From Phoronis australis (taxonomy: Eukaryota > Animalia > Phoronida): a stretch of DNA of 64,000 nt. The stretch's first letter is position 1, and every line of letters begins with the position of its first letter. The DNA lies in NCBI GenBank assembly GCA_002633005.1, contig NMRA01000089.1:62001-126000 (forward strand), given 5' to 3'. The notes beneath the pieces are model-generated. The model was not told the DNA's origin, searched no databases, and saw only the letters and a list, made by a program, of their open reading frames with translations. Of the stretch, positions 45,301-60,300 are shown one piece after another. The translations under genes and the position numbers were made by a program.

Positions 45301-48300
45301 TCCCTTTCATCTTTCATTCTCTCTTAGTTACAAAGTAGGCCAACTTGTTTAATAGATTTTTGAGATTTTTGGAGGTGGTTTGGTCGCAGAATTTTCAGCT
45401 ACTTGCAGGTTTCTATTTATGTGAGCGACACATGAGCTTGAATAGATAGAAAAATTGTTGCTTCTATTTTTTCTCGCATGTAGTGTAACGTGTTGTGTTA
45501 TTCTTTAATCAGTTGCTCTCAGTTTAAAGCTATCTAACCTAAGCAAAACTACAGGTTTGTGTTTTCCTCCTGTGTCGTGGCAATACAAGTGTCAAGCATG
45601 TTCTTGCGGATCTCTGTAAAAAGGTATTCTGCTAAATCCTAATTACTGGTGTATACCTCTTAGAAAGAGATTGGAGTAAATTCAATGAAAGATGCAAATC
45701 TATAAGTCTTGTTTTTTTTTTTTGGCCAATGCGGGCCACACGGAAGTAGACCACTTCACCTCAACGGTAAATTAATCATTAAGAAAACATGACCTGTTTG
45801 GTAAATCAATCTTGAGGAAAACATAATTCTGCTGTGTAAAATAACAGTAAAAGGTTTATTGACATACCAATTATAAGAAACCAACAAGAAACAAACCCAG
45901 CCCTAAAGCAAAATACACATGAAGATGGCAACTGGAACAGACCATGCTACTAGCAATCCTTGTGGTAAAATAAATGTGCAAGTCTGCCATTGTTAAAATA
46001 TTCAAAACTTATTATAGGTATCTGTGGTAGGCATACAACAATATGAACTATGCTGTTAAAAAAGTCAACTTTTTAAAAGATTTATTTTGTTGACTAACTT
46101 TACAAAAATCACATGTCCACCATATTATAAATTAAAGGACTTCCAATATCATGTCTGTCGTAACATCTGTGGTAGCCAATACAAGTTGTGCTTTTCATTA
46201 ACTTACTAAATAATACATAATGGACACCATTAGAAACTCTTAATTCATACTGTTTTGAATTGAGGAAATCTGGTGTTAAAGAGTGATGCAGGGGAGATAA
46301 CCTTTGTTTTTGTACAATGGCAGATAACATAAATTGGATTTAATCCTGGGGGCACTTTGGGAAATTTGAGTACAGTGCCCTTACAATCAGTGACTCATAG
46401 TGTAGATTTGTATTTTAGCAGAGGTGCAAATGGGCAAACAGTCAGTATACCTTCTGCAGTATTTCTAGAGTGTGAAAGTTGTTATACTGAGTTACCGGTT
46501 GTTAACTTTTAGTATGTGAGAGCGTTTGCAAAATCATCAAGTCATGTTATATGTTTAGAAGTTCCTATACCAAAATTGATTAAATACATGACATTTTTCA
46601 TTATTAACAGACATGATTAGAGGACACATTCAAGATATTTGTTTCATTCTCAAGTGGAAATAAAATGTTCCTACAGGCATTGTTATCTTCAAATCTCAAC
46701 CTGTTTCCGCTTGCTTTGATCATCAGATGGGGTATGGACAAAGCTTTTTCTGGGTTACCTAACAGTTTTGATGTTGTGCAACTGGATACTGTAGGTGACC
46801 TTTGACATCATTTCGACAAACTTTTTGGAAAGAGTTCATGATATTGTTCACATGCATGCTAGTAAAATGAAATGGCCTCAGTGTGCGGTGGGACATTGAG
46901 ATTATTGCTTGCATTGTAATCCCAGATAGCATTTAGATACCCATCTAAAGTTATCGTGAAACCGACCTAAGAATGTGTCACATTGACACAAAGTTCAGGT
47001 CATGGAGAACCCTAAAAACCAAGTTCAAATTAAGCCAACTTCGAAACATCATATTTCAGAAATGGCTGATTGGATTCATGTGAAAGTTTCAGACGCATGC
47101 TTATTGCGGTGTTCGCCTAACCTCTTCAAGGAATTGTTTTTAAAATGTTGCACTTCTGCACGACAGATTTTTATGAGAGAATTGGAAAGTTAAAAGTGTT
47201 CATCGTTGTCTCCTGTGATGATGGTAAAATGAGAAAATTACTTACTAGAAGGTATTTAGTTAGTTGAGCGTGACGTTTCAACCTTGGTGCTCAGACACTT
47301 GTTCACATTAACTGTTCTTGCCATTGGGAAGAGTTCATGATGTTGTGCACGTGCGTGCTACCGGGATTTTCCGTAGATTAGCCCACCCGATGAAACGCCC
47401 GTGGGCATTTGTTAGATGTTACAACTTCTGGTGTCGAGTGTCCATGTAGTGTAACGTTTATTTCCACTTAGTTGCCCACTTAGTGTCAACTTTTGGTCAC
47501 AAAGTCATTTGTGTGGAGTATTATCATCTTAAAAAACAAACGAAGTGTTGGCGAATCCAGAAGGACTGTTTCCCTTACAAAAATACATGTTGCGCTTCAT
47601 GCTGGCGTTAACGTAGCCAAAACTATGACCTTCCATTTACATGCCCCGCTTTTCTGTATAAACGCCCAGGTGTTTATTTGGTGTTACTAAAACGCCTGAA
47701 AATTTTCATTTTCCGAATACACGCCCAGGGGTTTATCTATGGAAAATCCCGGTAATAAAGGTGGTGTTGAGAGTATGGCGGGAAGCACAGTCATGTGGTG
47801 AAGGGGCTGAGCTGCTGGCTTGAAATGTCAGGGTCAATTAACCAAACATCTCCTTATAAGTAAAAGGATATGATAATTTGGAAATCTGTATTAGCATTTT
47901 TGACATTTCATCCTGAACATTTGTATTAAATGAAAGTCTGTCATGTAATTGATACCATTGTGTTGCTATGGGTGTACTTGCTTTTTTACTAAATTTTATT
48001 AAAAATTTATGGTCACGTGACCCAATTAATAGCAGTTGCATAAGGTCAAACATTAAATTCTGTCCTTTCAGAAAATATATACTTTTTTCTCGTAGTTTTG
48101 TAGATATTTCGGTAACGTAGACTTGTCACTAAGGTCCTACATAATCTATATCACTCACCATTTAAGTAAGTTAAATATCAGCGGCATTTGAAGTTTCAAT
48201 GGTGAGTGATGCTTACTCGTTATTGGTAATTTGTTGAATCTGCGATTACATTTTGCTGGTTAGAAATCGTATTCAGGTGAAATTTTAGAAAAAGTATTAA

Positions 48301-51300
48301 AATAGTCATTGAAGTGGTTCTATCGTTGTTGTGAGTGTTCACATTTTGGTCAAAACATTGTGTAGCAGCATAGAACATACCGGTAGTTATGCATTCATTT
48401 AACATGGCATAACGTTTAATTGTGAAAGTAATTTCAGCTGAGTACCATATGGTGTCCAATAATTTGTGAAATTTTGTTGCGCAGACTGTGTTTTGTCTTG
48501 GATATCATGGCATTCCTGTTAAGTAGCATCTGATATGTCCTGTGTAAAATAATCAACTTTTGATCACTATTCAATGTATTCAACCCATGCCACAAACTTG
48601 AGTCAAGTGTGTTGTGATGCAGTCCTCCATTATGTGGTTTGTAACTCATGGTCCTTGTGGTGACTGCTAGACGGGGGTGGGGGGTTACTCCCGTAGAAGA
48701 GCTACACAGGACGTGCTACTCAGGCGGCTGCCTTCTTCTTGACCAGTTCTTATAAACTGGTTCTTTTTATGAGGAAATTCCCATGAAAGAGTTTGTTTTG
48801 GAATTCTACAGGCACTCCTTTTTCCAACCACGTACATCTGCAGGTCTTTGGTTCACAATCTATATTTTGAAAATGTTGAACTCAGTTGGACAACATGGTG
48901 CCTGTCTTGCACTGTTTCCTGACTTTTTTCAATTGCACCTTGTCTGTACCTCCCCCCCCCCCTTCCCCAACACCATCATCAGTGTACCCCTAGGAATACT
49001 AGTAGTTGTTTTTTTTGGTCATTCAGTACATTCATTCGAAAACAAATTTGTCACTTCCACTTAAGGGAATTGACTGTTGCTATAACCTGAAACATGATGG
49101 ACATCCACATGGCACAGAATTAAGTTTGTTTGTGTTGGTCATAGTTTTTAATCCTTGGTGACAAAGTTAAGAGTTGTGACAATGATTTTTGTATTGTTTT
49201 GTGCTCCCAGGAAATAGATGAGGTCAATAGGCAGGTTTAACGTTGCAGTCACTAATTTGCTTTTTGCAATTGAATCACTTTTTCTTTTATCTGCTGGATG
49301 GCAAATTACACACTAGCATTTTATTGTGATAGACAGGAAGTACAAAGTACACGCTCAGCTCTTATGCCTGCAAAATTGTTGGGGCTGTTCTGGATGATAT
49401 TCTCCAGTTTCAAACAAGAAAAAATGCTTTCCAGTGCAGTTACTGTATTTGATTGGATGAAATTGTTTAAGTTTGTCTTGTTTATTGTACAAGTGTCCTT
49501 TTCTGCTGATAGTAGTCTCCACTGGATTACACATGAAGGTCACACATTTTCTTGTCATGTGAGAACATGATAGTCTCAGTATATTTCCAGCCAAATTGAC
49601 CTCTGGTTTGGCTGACATTAGCAACAGAAATGACATTCTGTCTCTATCTTGTTCATTTGTTACGACCATTTGATTTGATTAACACCAGTACAACTGAGCA
49701 TCAATTGAAAATCAATTTCAAATTTGAGGGTTATCTTTGTTAACCTCTTCACATTCAAACTTAGTTACAGTTTGATTATTGATGCCTTAGTTGTGATGCT
49801 TTGAACTCTTGAGATGGGTTCATGGCTGATTAATACCTTCTCTTATTATCCAATTGGTTTGCTAATGTGCATATGGCTTCATGGAGGTAGTCATTCTATC
49901 CATACTTGACTAACTTGGCAATATGCTAGGATACATTAGCTTGGAGTATAAGTCATTGACATCCTATCATCTTGCCGTGTATTTGTTATGGATCGTGATT
50001 GATGTTGTTTGCTCACAAACTATACCTTGGTCTGTTCACCTTGGTCTGTTCACGACAGTCGTCAAAAGCTGGACTGGTGTATTTAATGGGCTATCGAAAC
50101 CTTATGCGCTCTTTTCAAAATATTTATTTTTTTACGGTTGAAGAGAAAGTGCTGTTAACTGGTGTCAGCTAGTGCTGTGTTGGTTATTGCTTGGGGAGTT
50201 GCCAAGTTGTTATAATTTTATGGGTCTGTACCAGTTCTTGTCGATGGAACATCCATTATCAATGCCTTTTTATGGATATCAAGTTGACCCATCCGTGCTG
50301 TCATTGGTGAGGATGGAGTACACCATACAATCCAACTGGTTGAAGTTATAGTGCTTAAAAAGACATTCTCTGCTATAAAAGTAATTTTATTGCCGAACGC
50401 TCTACAGCCAAGCCAAATCCCAAACCTTAAATAGCTTGACTAAATGGTAGAAACAGCGATCAAAAGTTTGTGCTCGGTTTCAAAAAAACTTCATGACTCT
50501 GACAGTAACTTTCCAGTAACTCAGATTCTATAAGACTGACATGAACATACAGTCTACAGCACCCTAATCTAGGTACATATTAGTATGCCTCTGCACATAA
50601 CTACAGTAACCATTGTGATAGTTTGAGACTGGAAATTAATTATTTCTTGTTTTTTCAAAGTGAAGTCAGAACTTGTACAAAATTTTAGAAATCAGCAATA
50701 TTGTCCCAAATTGAAGAATTTGAAAAGATCAATTCATCAAATCAATTGATAGCAAATTATTAAGTAATTGCAGGAGGCATGTTAAATTAAGTTCATAGTT
50801 AATACTATGTCTCACCCTGCAGATAGGTAGAATCCCATGATTTGTGCTTGAAAATACCTACAGCCCACCTCCATTTTTTCTCACTCCCATTTCATTAGAC
50901 CCCTTCACACACACACCAGCAGTGTAAGTGATGTTCTGTATGAGTCATCAAGGCAGTGGTTAGATGTCCACATGCACTTCACTGTCCACTATTGTTAGAG
51001 CCAGGAAATAGTGGTCACTTGTTATTACAATGTGTTCCATTGTCTGAAATCATTTCAGCTCATGCCGATCTTCTGCTCACAAGGCACACTGTACTTGTAA
51101 GTCTTTCTACACACCCTGACTTTTACCTCCCTTCACAAACTGGATAAAACTCTTAACATTTTTGCCAACACTTTTACTACTAGAAAAATGCCCATCACAT
51201 GAATGGTTACAAGTGCCACTTTGGCTGGCGTTTTCGCTTTTACTTTTGCTGGTCAATCTAGGGATTCGCATGTGCGCAAGTGTAAGAGGTCTTTGTTTTA

Positions 51301-54300
51301 GTAGAATTAATCAACTGGTCGAGTACAGGTGTTTTGACTTATATTTTCGCTATTATAAGTGACGGGTGGTGAGCAAACATACTAACTACTGAAGAAAGTG
51401 ACTGCTTTGTGGACAGTTTGTCCAGCTAAAGTTCTTGCATTTTCACCTCTCGTGTAAACGTAATATTTTGTAATTGACTGCCTTATGAGTTAAGAAATGT
51501 TGCTACTCTACATTTCAAGCTAAGGATCCATATACAACTTGTCAGTTGAAATAAATCATGTCCGATTTTGCTCCGATTTTGGATGTAGTCAAGAGACAAC
51601 ACTACTATCTATTGATTCCAGTTGTCCTGTACGAAATCGCCACTAAAAACAACACAGCTATTCTGAGTGTAAAACGACTTTATACTCCACAGTAAGCCCT
51701 TAGGAAGATTTTCCACTGCTACTTCCATGAGTTCCAGGGCATCCATCTGGGAGAAACTTTCCTCAGTTTCATAGAAAATGGATATCAAATGGACTTCCCT
51801 ACTTCAATTTTCTTAAACGATTTTTGTTAGGGTGTTTAAGTTTGTAAAATATCCTGAGAATTTTCCATCGTTGATACACCCAAGCTTATGTTCATAAAAC
51901 TATCCGCGATATATACCATGGTATGATGGTTGTTACTAGTGATGTATCCCTTGGTATGATGGCTGTTAGTTGCGATATCTCATGGTTATGATGGTTGTTA
52001 GTAGCGATATACCCCGTGGTTATGATGGTTGTTAGTAGCGATATCCCTTGGTATGATGGTTGCTACTAGCGATATTTACCATGTTACAATGGTTGTTACT
52101 AACGATATATAGTTTTTGATGGTTGTGTGTAGCACCTTCAGCTCGACACCCAAATGAATGGTGTTTGGCAACCTACAAGGCTATCAAGAGTTTCTTGAAA
52201 CTTTGGGGTAGATGGCATTTTCCAATTATCACATTGTGATGTATAGGTCTATGTATTGCAAACATTATGCAATTTTGTTCTCAGTGGCCAATGCTCAAGT
52301 AAACACCCATGGATAGACCTTACAGAGCTAGGGCAAGGACCTTTTGTGGTCAAACAATGATCAAGTGGTTTTCGGAGTAATGTTTCCAGTAAATACAAAC
52401 CTCAGCTGGGACACATGAAGCCCATTTGGTCAATTAAATTGTTCACATACAAGTGTTTGTGGAAATCTTTTCCAAGAAACTCCATTATTTCTTAATTGAA
52501 CTGTTATTGCCTTTCAAGTGTTCAGCCATTGATTGTTTCAAGGTGTGTTTTCTCAGCTGTCCAGGGCATTAGATGCATTGCCAGTTGTCCACTCCTATGT
52601 ATTTAAATAATTTTCCAGTTATTTTTGAAACCCCTTGAAATGAAGATACATGAATTTAGTGTAATTAAAACCAACATCCTTCATTACCAAGTACTCTTGC
52701 ATTAGAGTAGTGGAGCCAATTTTTCGTGCATGACTGAATCTCGAAACACAACAGGTAGACTGTGAAAGGCTTGGGCCTGTCCATACTTAGCAGTGTTTAC
52801 TACTGGTAGCCATACTGTACAATACTATAAACAGAGCACTTTTTAAAAATGGTCTGATTCCTTTGCAACCTGACCTGATCTGTGGGTTTTTGTCCCTATG
52901 ACATGCTGTGCTAGCTATTCAAGCCAAATAACAGGTCACTCTCCTGATCAACTATGGACAAATGCAAAATTGCTGGTGATCGGGTTGGAGATAAAATGAC
53001 TGTGAGGAGAGCCTTTTTGTTATGAATAAGTGTTATGAGCTTCTCTTTGTGCCTTTCCATCCAGTGGCTATGCCAGTGGACACATTGCTTTTCTTTTAAG
53101 CAAAGTATTGTCAGGACCGTGTGCCCGAAGGGTCATGGTTAATATCCGCAAAAGTGTAGACATAACTGCATCAAAAGGGAACTGTAATTAATGATGACAA
53201 TGTACCTCTAGGATTATGAGCAAATTTTGTAAACGTGCTTTGCACAGAAGAAATATTGTTTCTTTCCCATTTAAGAGCACTGCTTTTGATCCTCATATTT
53301 GGGACCAATTATCGGCCCCGTGTCCCTCTGAAAAATATTTAAAAACACACAAAATTCTCCTCGTAAGGCCTGTCAAGTGAATAAAAAATTCCTTTTAGGT
53401 TAAAATCACTAGTAACTCACAAAGTCAATGATTTGAACTAGCACAAAAAGTTTGTGTTCACTACTTGAGACAGAGTCGAGAGGGGTGGGTGAGAGTTCTT
53501 TTGGTGGAGACAGCAAGAATTTTTCCGCCATCAAAAAATTCCCCTGAGAAGGCTCAGGCAACAACACTACAGTCTTGTAGGTAGTTCAACTCATATAGCC
53601 TTGATACCAGTCAAGACAATGTGTGTACATTTCAGATATAATGGAAGCCTTCCTGCTGGTGATAAAGGTCGCCGAAGAAGCAAGTTCTCATTATTCAAGA
53701 AGGCTGAAGCTAGTGGTGTCCGTCCAGCTAGGAAACACGTGGTGAAGGACCCCAAATCATCAAAGGTCAGTCAGTTTGAAGACGTACTTATTGAATCACA
53801 CTGACACACGCACGCCCACACACACACACACGCACGCACACACCCTCACCGTTACATTAACACGCCCACATACACACCCACCAACTCAAGGGGATACACA
53901 CAGGCTTATTACTGGTAAATGTACAAGCAGTTGTTTTGTAAAAATACAAGAATTTTAGCCAGACATGCTGTTTTTAAAGCTATCAGTTTCGACACCATTT
54001 CGTTTGTTTTCTCTCTCCACCCTTCATTCATGGGTTAAGAGCATGCCAGTCTCTGTTATAAACTTATTAACACAACAATAAACAAAGGCTGTCTTTCTCA
54101 TGCACATGTTTCTAGCTACAGAATAGCAAGCAAAACCTCCAGCAACACGCCAGTGTAACTGACCTTTGCAATGTTTCTGCACCAACAGCATTTGTGACCA
54201 GTTTTTCTAAAGTCCATATAGTTGCAATGTTGTCAGCTAGGTGTGATACTATTATTCTGAAGCACTGAGCTGTAATTATCCAACACTTTTTGATGTTGGA

Positions 54301-57300
54301 TGGTTTTAAGGCTTAATCCGTAAACACTGAGCTTTAATTATCCAACGCTTCCTAGAGCTTGACATTGACTTCGTTGACTGGTTCTTCTGTAGGACAACTC
54401 AACTTCAATTTACCTTGTTTGGATCCAAAATGAGCTGTCCAAAATTTCAAAGTACATATGTTGGTCTCTTTTAGAGTTTTTAAACTGAAACATGCATTAG
54501 TACTATTTTTAACAGTTTTAACACATTTTAATCGTAAAAATACATGTTTTATAGGTGAGCACTTGTAGGATTTCAAATATTTTCAGTAAAAGTATAAATT
54601 TCAATCAGAAGTGGGTGTAATCCAACCAAAAACAATTTTCAGTTGTAACTGTGTGTGACTAGAAGCCAAATTTTAAAAATCTCCTTCATCAGGTTCATGT
54701 ATTGGCTTAGTTTGTGGTTGCTGGTCACCATAGTTGATTACTCCACAGTATCTCAGTCTGTAATTCATGATGGAGGTCAGTGATTTACTCACCCAGGTTT
54801 TCAATGGTTAAACTGGCGTGAAGAAACTTGTTGAATTCCCCTTCCCATATTTATAAGTGGGCGCATTATGCTATCATCCCTGTCCGTTCGTCCTGCATCT
54901 GCTGCTCTATCTCCAAAACCCTTTGATGTTCCTTGATGCTTTTTCATGAAATTTGGCAAACAAGTTTCTGTTATGAAGATGACAGCATGTTTCCTTTTTG
55001 TGATGGATTCGACGTTTTATGCTCCACCTTGTGGCCATTTTCACTATTTTTTTGTCGTCTGCTTCTGTATCTGCCAAACCGGGTAGGGTATGATAATGAA
55101 AATTGACAAATGTGTTTCTACTGACAATAGTATGACTGACGGGGATTTTCAAATGGCTCTATCTACTATGATGCTCTTAGTCAGCCAGCTAGCTGTATGA
55201 AGACTATCGTCAAAATACAGCTAGGTGCCACTGTGTGTTTTTCTTCCATAGACCCTGAAATTGCACACAGCCAGAGTAGTTCTGCTCGTCATCTCGCCAT
55301 GAAACCTGTATCCACATGTAGAGCTAAAGACCCGACTGGGTACATGCAAAATCTGGGAATCAAACAATCTAATAAACGTCATTTTTTGCGTAAGCCTCCA
55401 CCTTTTCTTACAAAGAAAAGTTATGTCGTCGTTTTGAAAACAATACGCTTGTGATACGCGTGCGCATCATTTCCTAAGTTTTTGCGACATGTCTCGGGAG
55501 ATGAAGATAGCTTGGCAGCAGCAAAATTTCTTCTGAAATTGAAATTCGGTTTTTCGGTATCAAAATTCTAAAAACTTATAATGAAGTGAAACCAGTTCCG
55601 ATAATTTGTTGTGACATACAAGCAACCTCGTGAAAGAAACTGGCCTATAGGTGACGCAATATTTCATGGCGCCTAAAGCCGACGCAGAAGATCGCTCCAC
55701 AACTTTAGCAGCAGAATAACAGTAGAAAGTCCAATTTTTCCTAAATCAGAAAATAATTTTATTTACTCAAATAAGTGTGTAGTTTTTAATTACATTAATT
55801 TTGTGTCATATTTTATCTTGTCATTTTTTTACCTACTTCTGCGCAAAGCTGTATATTTAGTCTCAACAGCATCAGAATCCACACACTAAAATGACTCATC
55901 AGATCTGCATGCACATCTCATAAACTCTTCGTTAGTAGTTTGTTAGAATTACAATCAAACTTGAACATCCAGGTAAGTCTTGTTTAATTTTGATCTATCC
56001 AATTCTTCCTGGGGTTAGCTCTTTAAGGCTTATTCTGAAACACCGAGCTGTCATTACCTGATGCTTCCTGATGTTGGATTAATCTATGGTCAATTGTGGA
56101 CATCTTATTGAGTTGAGCTGCTGCTATTTGAACTTGTTGATGATTGGGAGAGGGGGAAACTCCACTTCTTGAATTCACTGGTACATTTCCCCCTAAAGTG
56201 ATTGAGGCTCTGAGTAAGAAAGGAACAATTCATCTGTGTTTTTTTAGAATGAACTCTACATCTTGTCTTTCTGTCTGCAATCTGATATTAACAAATGTGA
56301 CCGTGTAATTTCTTATTGTAAAAATTTACGCCACTAGAAATTGAGCTCTGCAGATTTTAAATGTAAAAAGTTATTTCTCTTTCAGTCCATTCAAGACAAA
56401 AGCCAGCATTCTGTTTCTTACACACTTTCTCGCAACCATGCTATTATAGTTGAGTATGAGCAAGATGAAACTACAGACATGTTTCAGGTAAGTGTGACAT
56501 GAAATGTATGAAGAAGATTTTAGTGACAAAGGGGTAAGATGAATGTCAGTTTATCTTTTGTATTCAGCTATTGCACAATTACAGCCTTAGTTATGTGACA
56601 GTTCTCTTTTTTTGTCAAATGTAAAGACAGTCGGCTTATCTTTATAACTTAAAGATGTATTTGCGTTCTTCTAACTATGCTAAAGTGCAGTTGTATTCAT
56701 TAACAACTTGTAAATGTGAAATCAAAAAAGTTCTGTAAATGGTTGACCTTTTCTCTAATGACGTTCCTCGTGGGCTCACATAGCCCACATCATCCAGTGT
56801 TATTCCGTAGCACCACATCATGATACTTACTGGACACGGTTCAGTGATTTGTGCAGGATCATTTTTGCTACAAAACTTGTCCTTAAAAACGTTTTGCAAT
56901 TTTCAACCTACTTCATATTCACATTGCTGCTACATGTTGTGTTTCTGACTAATTTGTCCAAGCAATCTCAGCGATAAGGAATTTACCTGCAAGTTCCACT
57001 TTAATTTTCTAGACATATTTGATAATTAGTACATTCCAAAAATGTAAATAAAATTTCACTAATGGTTTCAGTAGAGTTATTTAGATGGTGTTTGTTATTA
57101 TTATTGTTGTGTCATTTAAAAATATACCTAAGTTACTTACATTCACTAAGTCATTAACAAATTTCAATAATTAATAACCACTTTGACTTACATTATCTCC
57201 CACTTGTTTTGATATTTAAGAATTTCTTTACTTGCTTGTTTTTTATAACGTTGTGTTGTTCTGCGCTTTGTAGATCGGGCGGTCTTCAGAAAGTCCGATC

Positions 57301-60300
57301 GATTTTGTCGTCATGGATACTGTACCTGGAGCTCAGAGGGCAGAGGATTGTGTTGTCACCCAGAGTACAATATCTCGGTTTGCCTGTCGCATTCTGGTAG
57401 ACAGGAACCCACCCTACACTGCCAGGATTTACGCTGCTGGATTCGATTCAGGAAAAAATATATTTCTAGGGGTATGATGAAGCTGTAGCTATTTGCATTT
57501 CTTGCCAATAATATATTATTTCTTGGTGTATGGTGAAGCTGTAACTATTTACAGTGGTCGCAGATAATATATATCTAGGGTTATGATTAAGTTATAACTA
57601 CTTACAGTACCCTGCAATAATAATTGGACCAAATGACTCAGAATTCCCTCTCATGACATCTGTACTCGTTCAAGACTTTTCTTCAATTCTTTTTGGGGTG
57701 TAGTATATTGAAATGACCTGAAGATGGGTCACTGGGTACACTGGTCAATGTAAAAGCTATGCTTATGCTGTGATGTTTGTACTCCTTGACTTTCTTGAAG
57801 ATTGATAAAAAACTTGTACGCACAGTGAGTTGTGGGATATGTTCTGGTTCAAAACTATTGACCTTTTAACGGGTAGCATGGAACGTCATTTTTGTGGTGT
57901 AGCAGTCATTTTGAGCAGCACCGCTAGTTGACGTGCTTATGCTCTGTAGACATCACCTCATTTTGGAAGTATTTCAAGCAGCTGCATGTTTATCATAGAA
58001 ATGAGTAAGCAGTTAGCGGATATCTAAAATGAACTCCCTGATTGCTGACTAGACACTTTCTGAATTTGATTTAGGGTACTGGTATCCCATAATTGGTAAC
58101 AGTCACTTGCAGGGGTCTTGCATTTTGAGAACCAGTTTTCTTCACTGACTAACGAGCATCCATCTAGTTCTCAGAATTTGGGACCATGATAAGTGACTAC
58201 AGCATACAAATCCATGTGGCAGTAAATGTGCATTTCTGGTACTTTATATTGCAAAGTGGTACAAGGCTTAGATTTACCATCTGTTTATACACACGATAAC
58301 ATCCCCTTCTTGTACTTCGTACTGCAAAGTGGTACAAGACTTAGATTTACTGTCTGTTTATACACACGATAACATCCCTTTCTTGTACTTCGTACTGCAA
58401 AGTGGTACAAGACTTAGATTTACCATATGTTTACACACCTGATCACAATATTAAATATTGCTGTAAAAATTCTTGACTGAATCTGGGACAAATCAACTTT
58501 TCCATTTCTCTCTATTTTGAAGGTTTGCTGTGATATAATGACGTTCCACTTTTTGCCATTTTATTCTCTAAAGTGAAGACTTTTTATCACAGTCTTTTTT
58601 CACTTTGTAATGCAATAGTGCTTGTGTTTACTTGTTATTAAACTTGTTTTCTTGAATTTTTCTCGCTTGATAGGAAAAGGCCACAAAGTGGTACAGAGAC
58701 TCTGAGATCGATGGTCTGACAACTAACGGAGTGCTTATCATGCACCCTGTTGGTGGCTTCAGTGCCAACTCCAAGCCGGGGGTGTGGAGAGAGATTTCAG
58801 TGGGGGGCGGTGTCTATGGGCTCAGGGAATCTCGGTCGACTCCTCAAAAAACTGGTTTGGTGAGTTGGTTATTACAGACTCAGTTTCAAATGTGTTTAAT
58901 TGTGAATAGTGTTTATTTGATTTAATTCGTGTTCAGTATGATAAATTAGTGTTCCCTCTTTGTCGGTTGACTTAATTTCTCGACAGCATTATTTTCAACG
59001 TGGAACCCTTGGACTTGGTCCTCTCATTCTGCTTTTTATCAATGATGGGTTGCAATCCTTTTGTCAAGTTTGGATCTGATTGGCATGTTTTCAGTGCCAG
59101 GTTGAATGCAGAAGCCCTACATGTGTGAACAATAACCAGCAAGCTTCCTTCTCCAAATTGATTTTCTTTTCTAACTCTAGGGGGCACTTATTATACATTT
59201 AATGTACTCAGGCCAAGAATTCATTGACAAGTTGACGAGAATTTCCCCCAATTGGGTCGTGCCTGTGGTGTTATTGGTCAGCTGTAATATTCGTTGCTGC
59301 GTGACTGTTGCGACATCTGTTGGTGTTATAGATTACAACGGAGGAGAACATTCTTCATGATGGGACGCTGATTGACCTGTGTGGTGCTACTTTGTTGTGG
59401 AGGTCGGCATCAGGCCTCTTACAGTCACTGGTAAGCATGGTCTCACATGCCTAAAACAGTCATGACAGGAAGGCAATATATCACATGCACCACTAATGAC
59501 TATTAAGAAAAGTGTCACTCTCTTGCTTCACTGCATTTGCAATAGTCAATCATGATGAGAAACCGCTCGTAAATGACACTTTTCAGCACTTAAAAGGGAA
59601 AGCAACCGTTTTTGATGTTGTAATTTGCTTGTCATGGAAACACATGTTTGCATGTTAATTACTCTTCCCATGACGTGTTTACAGTGCATGGAAAATTAGA
59701 AAGTGATGTAAATGGCCCAACAAAAGGCCTGCATCGTGGTTCTGTGCTCACATCCATTAAAGTAACACAATGTCCTACTCTCTATTGAACTGTGCAGGTC
59801 AGTGGTACTGAATTCAGAACCAAGGTACAAGCTCTTTGTTCTCTGTTCTAGTTAAACACGTCTCTTTGGTTTTCCAACCAAGTTGGTACTATGCACGTAA
59901 GATCTGAAATTAGAAAGCCAGCTTTAAGTCTTAAACCAAGTTGTTTTTAATTACTTTCATGAAACGGCCGTATGGGTTTTAGATCTCTTGGTGCCTCCTG
60001 ACAGATCTTGTTTCCATTTTGTCTTGTGCATTTTCTTGAACAAGGATATTTGTTTGTATACCTATAAATGCAAAGGGAATTTTCAAATAGTATCATGATC
60101 AATGATTTTAATGGTCAGTATATCTCTTTTAATCTCTCCTCCTGCAGAGTCCGCGAGAGCTGGAGCATCAAATCGATAACATCAATGCCGGACGGCCACA
60201 GTGTCCAGTGGGTTTGACTACGCTGGTACTACCGCGCAAGAACATGGCAATTTCTAGTGACAAGCAACCATACGTCTACCTCAGCTGCGGTCACGTGCAC

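Noticed and set aside
55213-55857. Possible element bounded by ATACAGCT...AGCTGTAT
   Set aside because: The inverted match is only ~8 bp with no clear TSD, which is insufficient.
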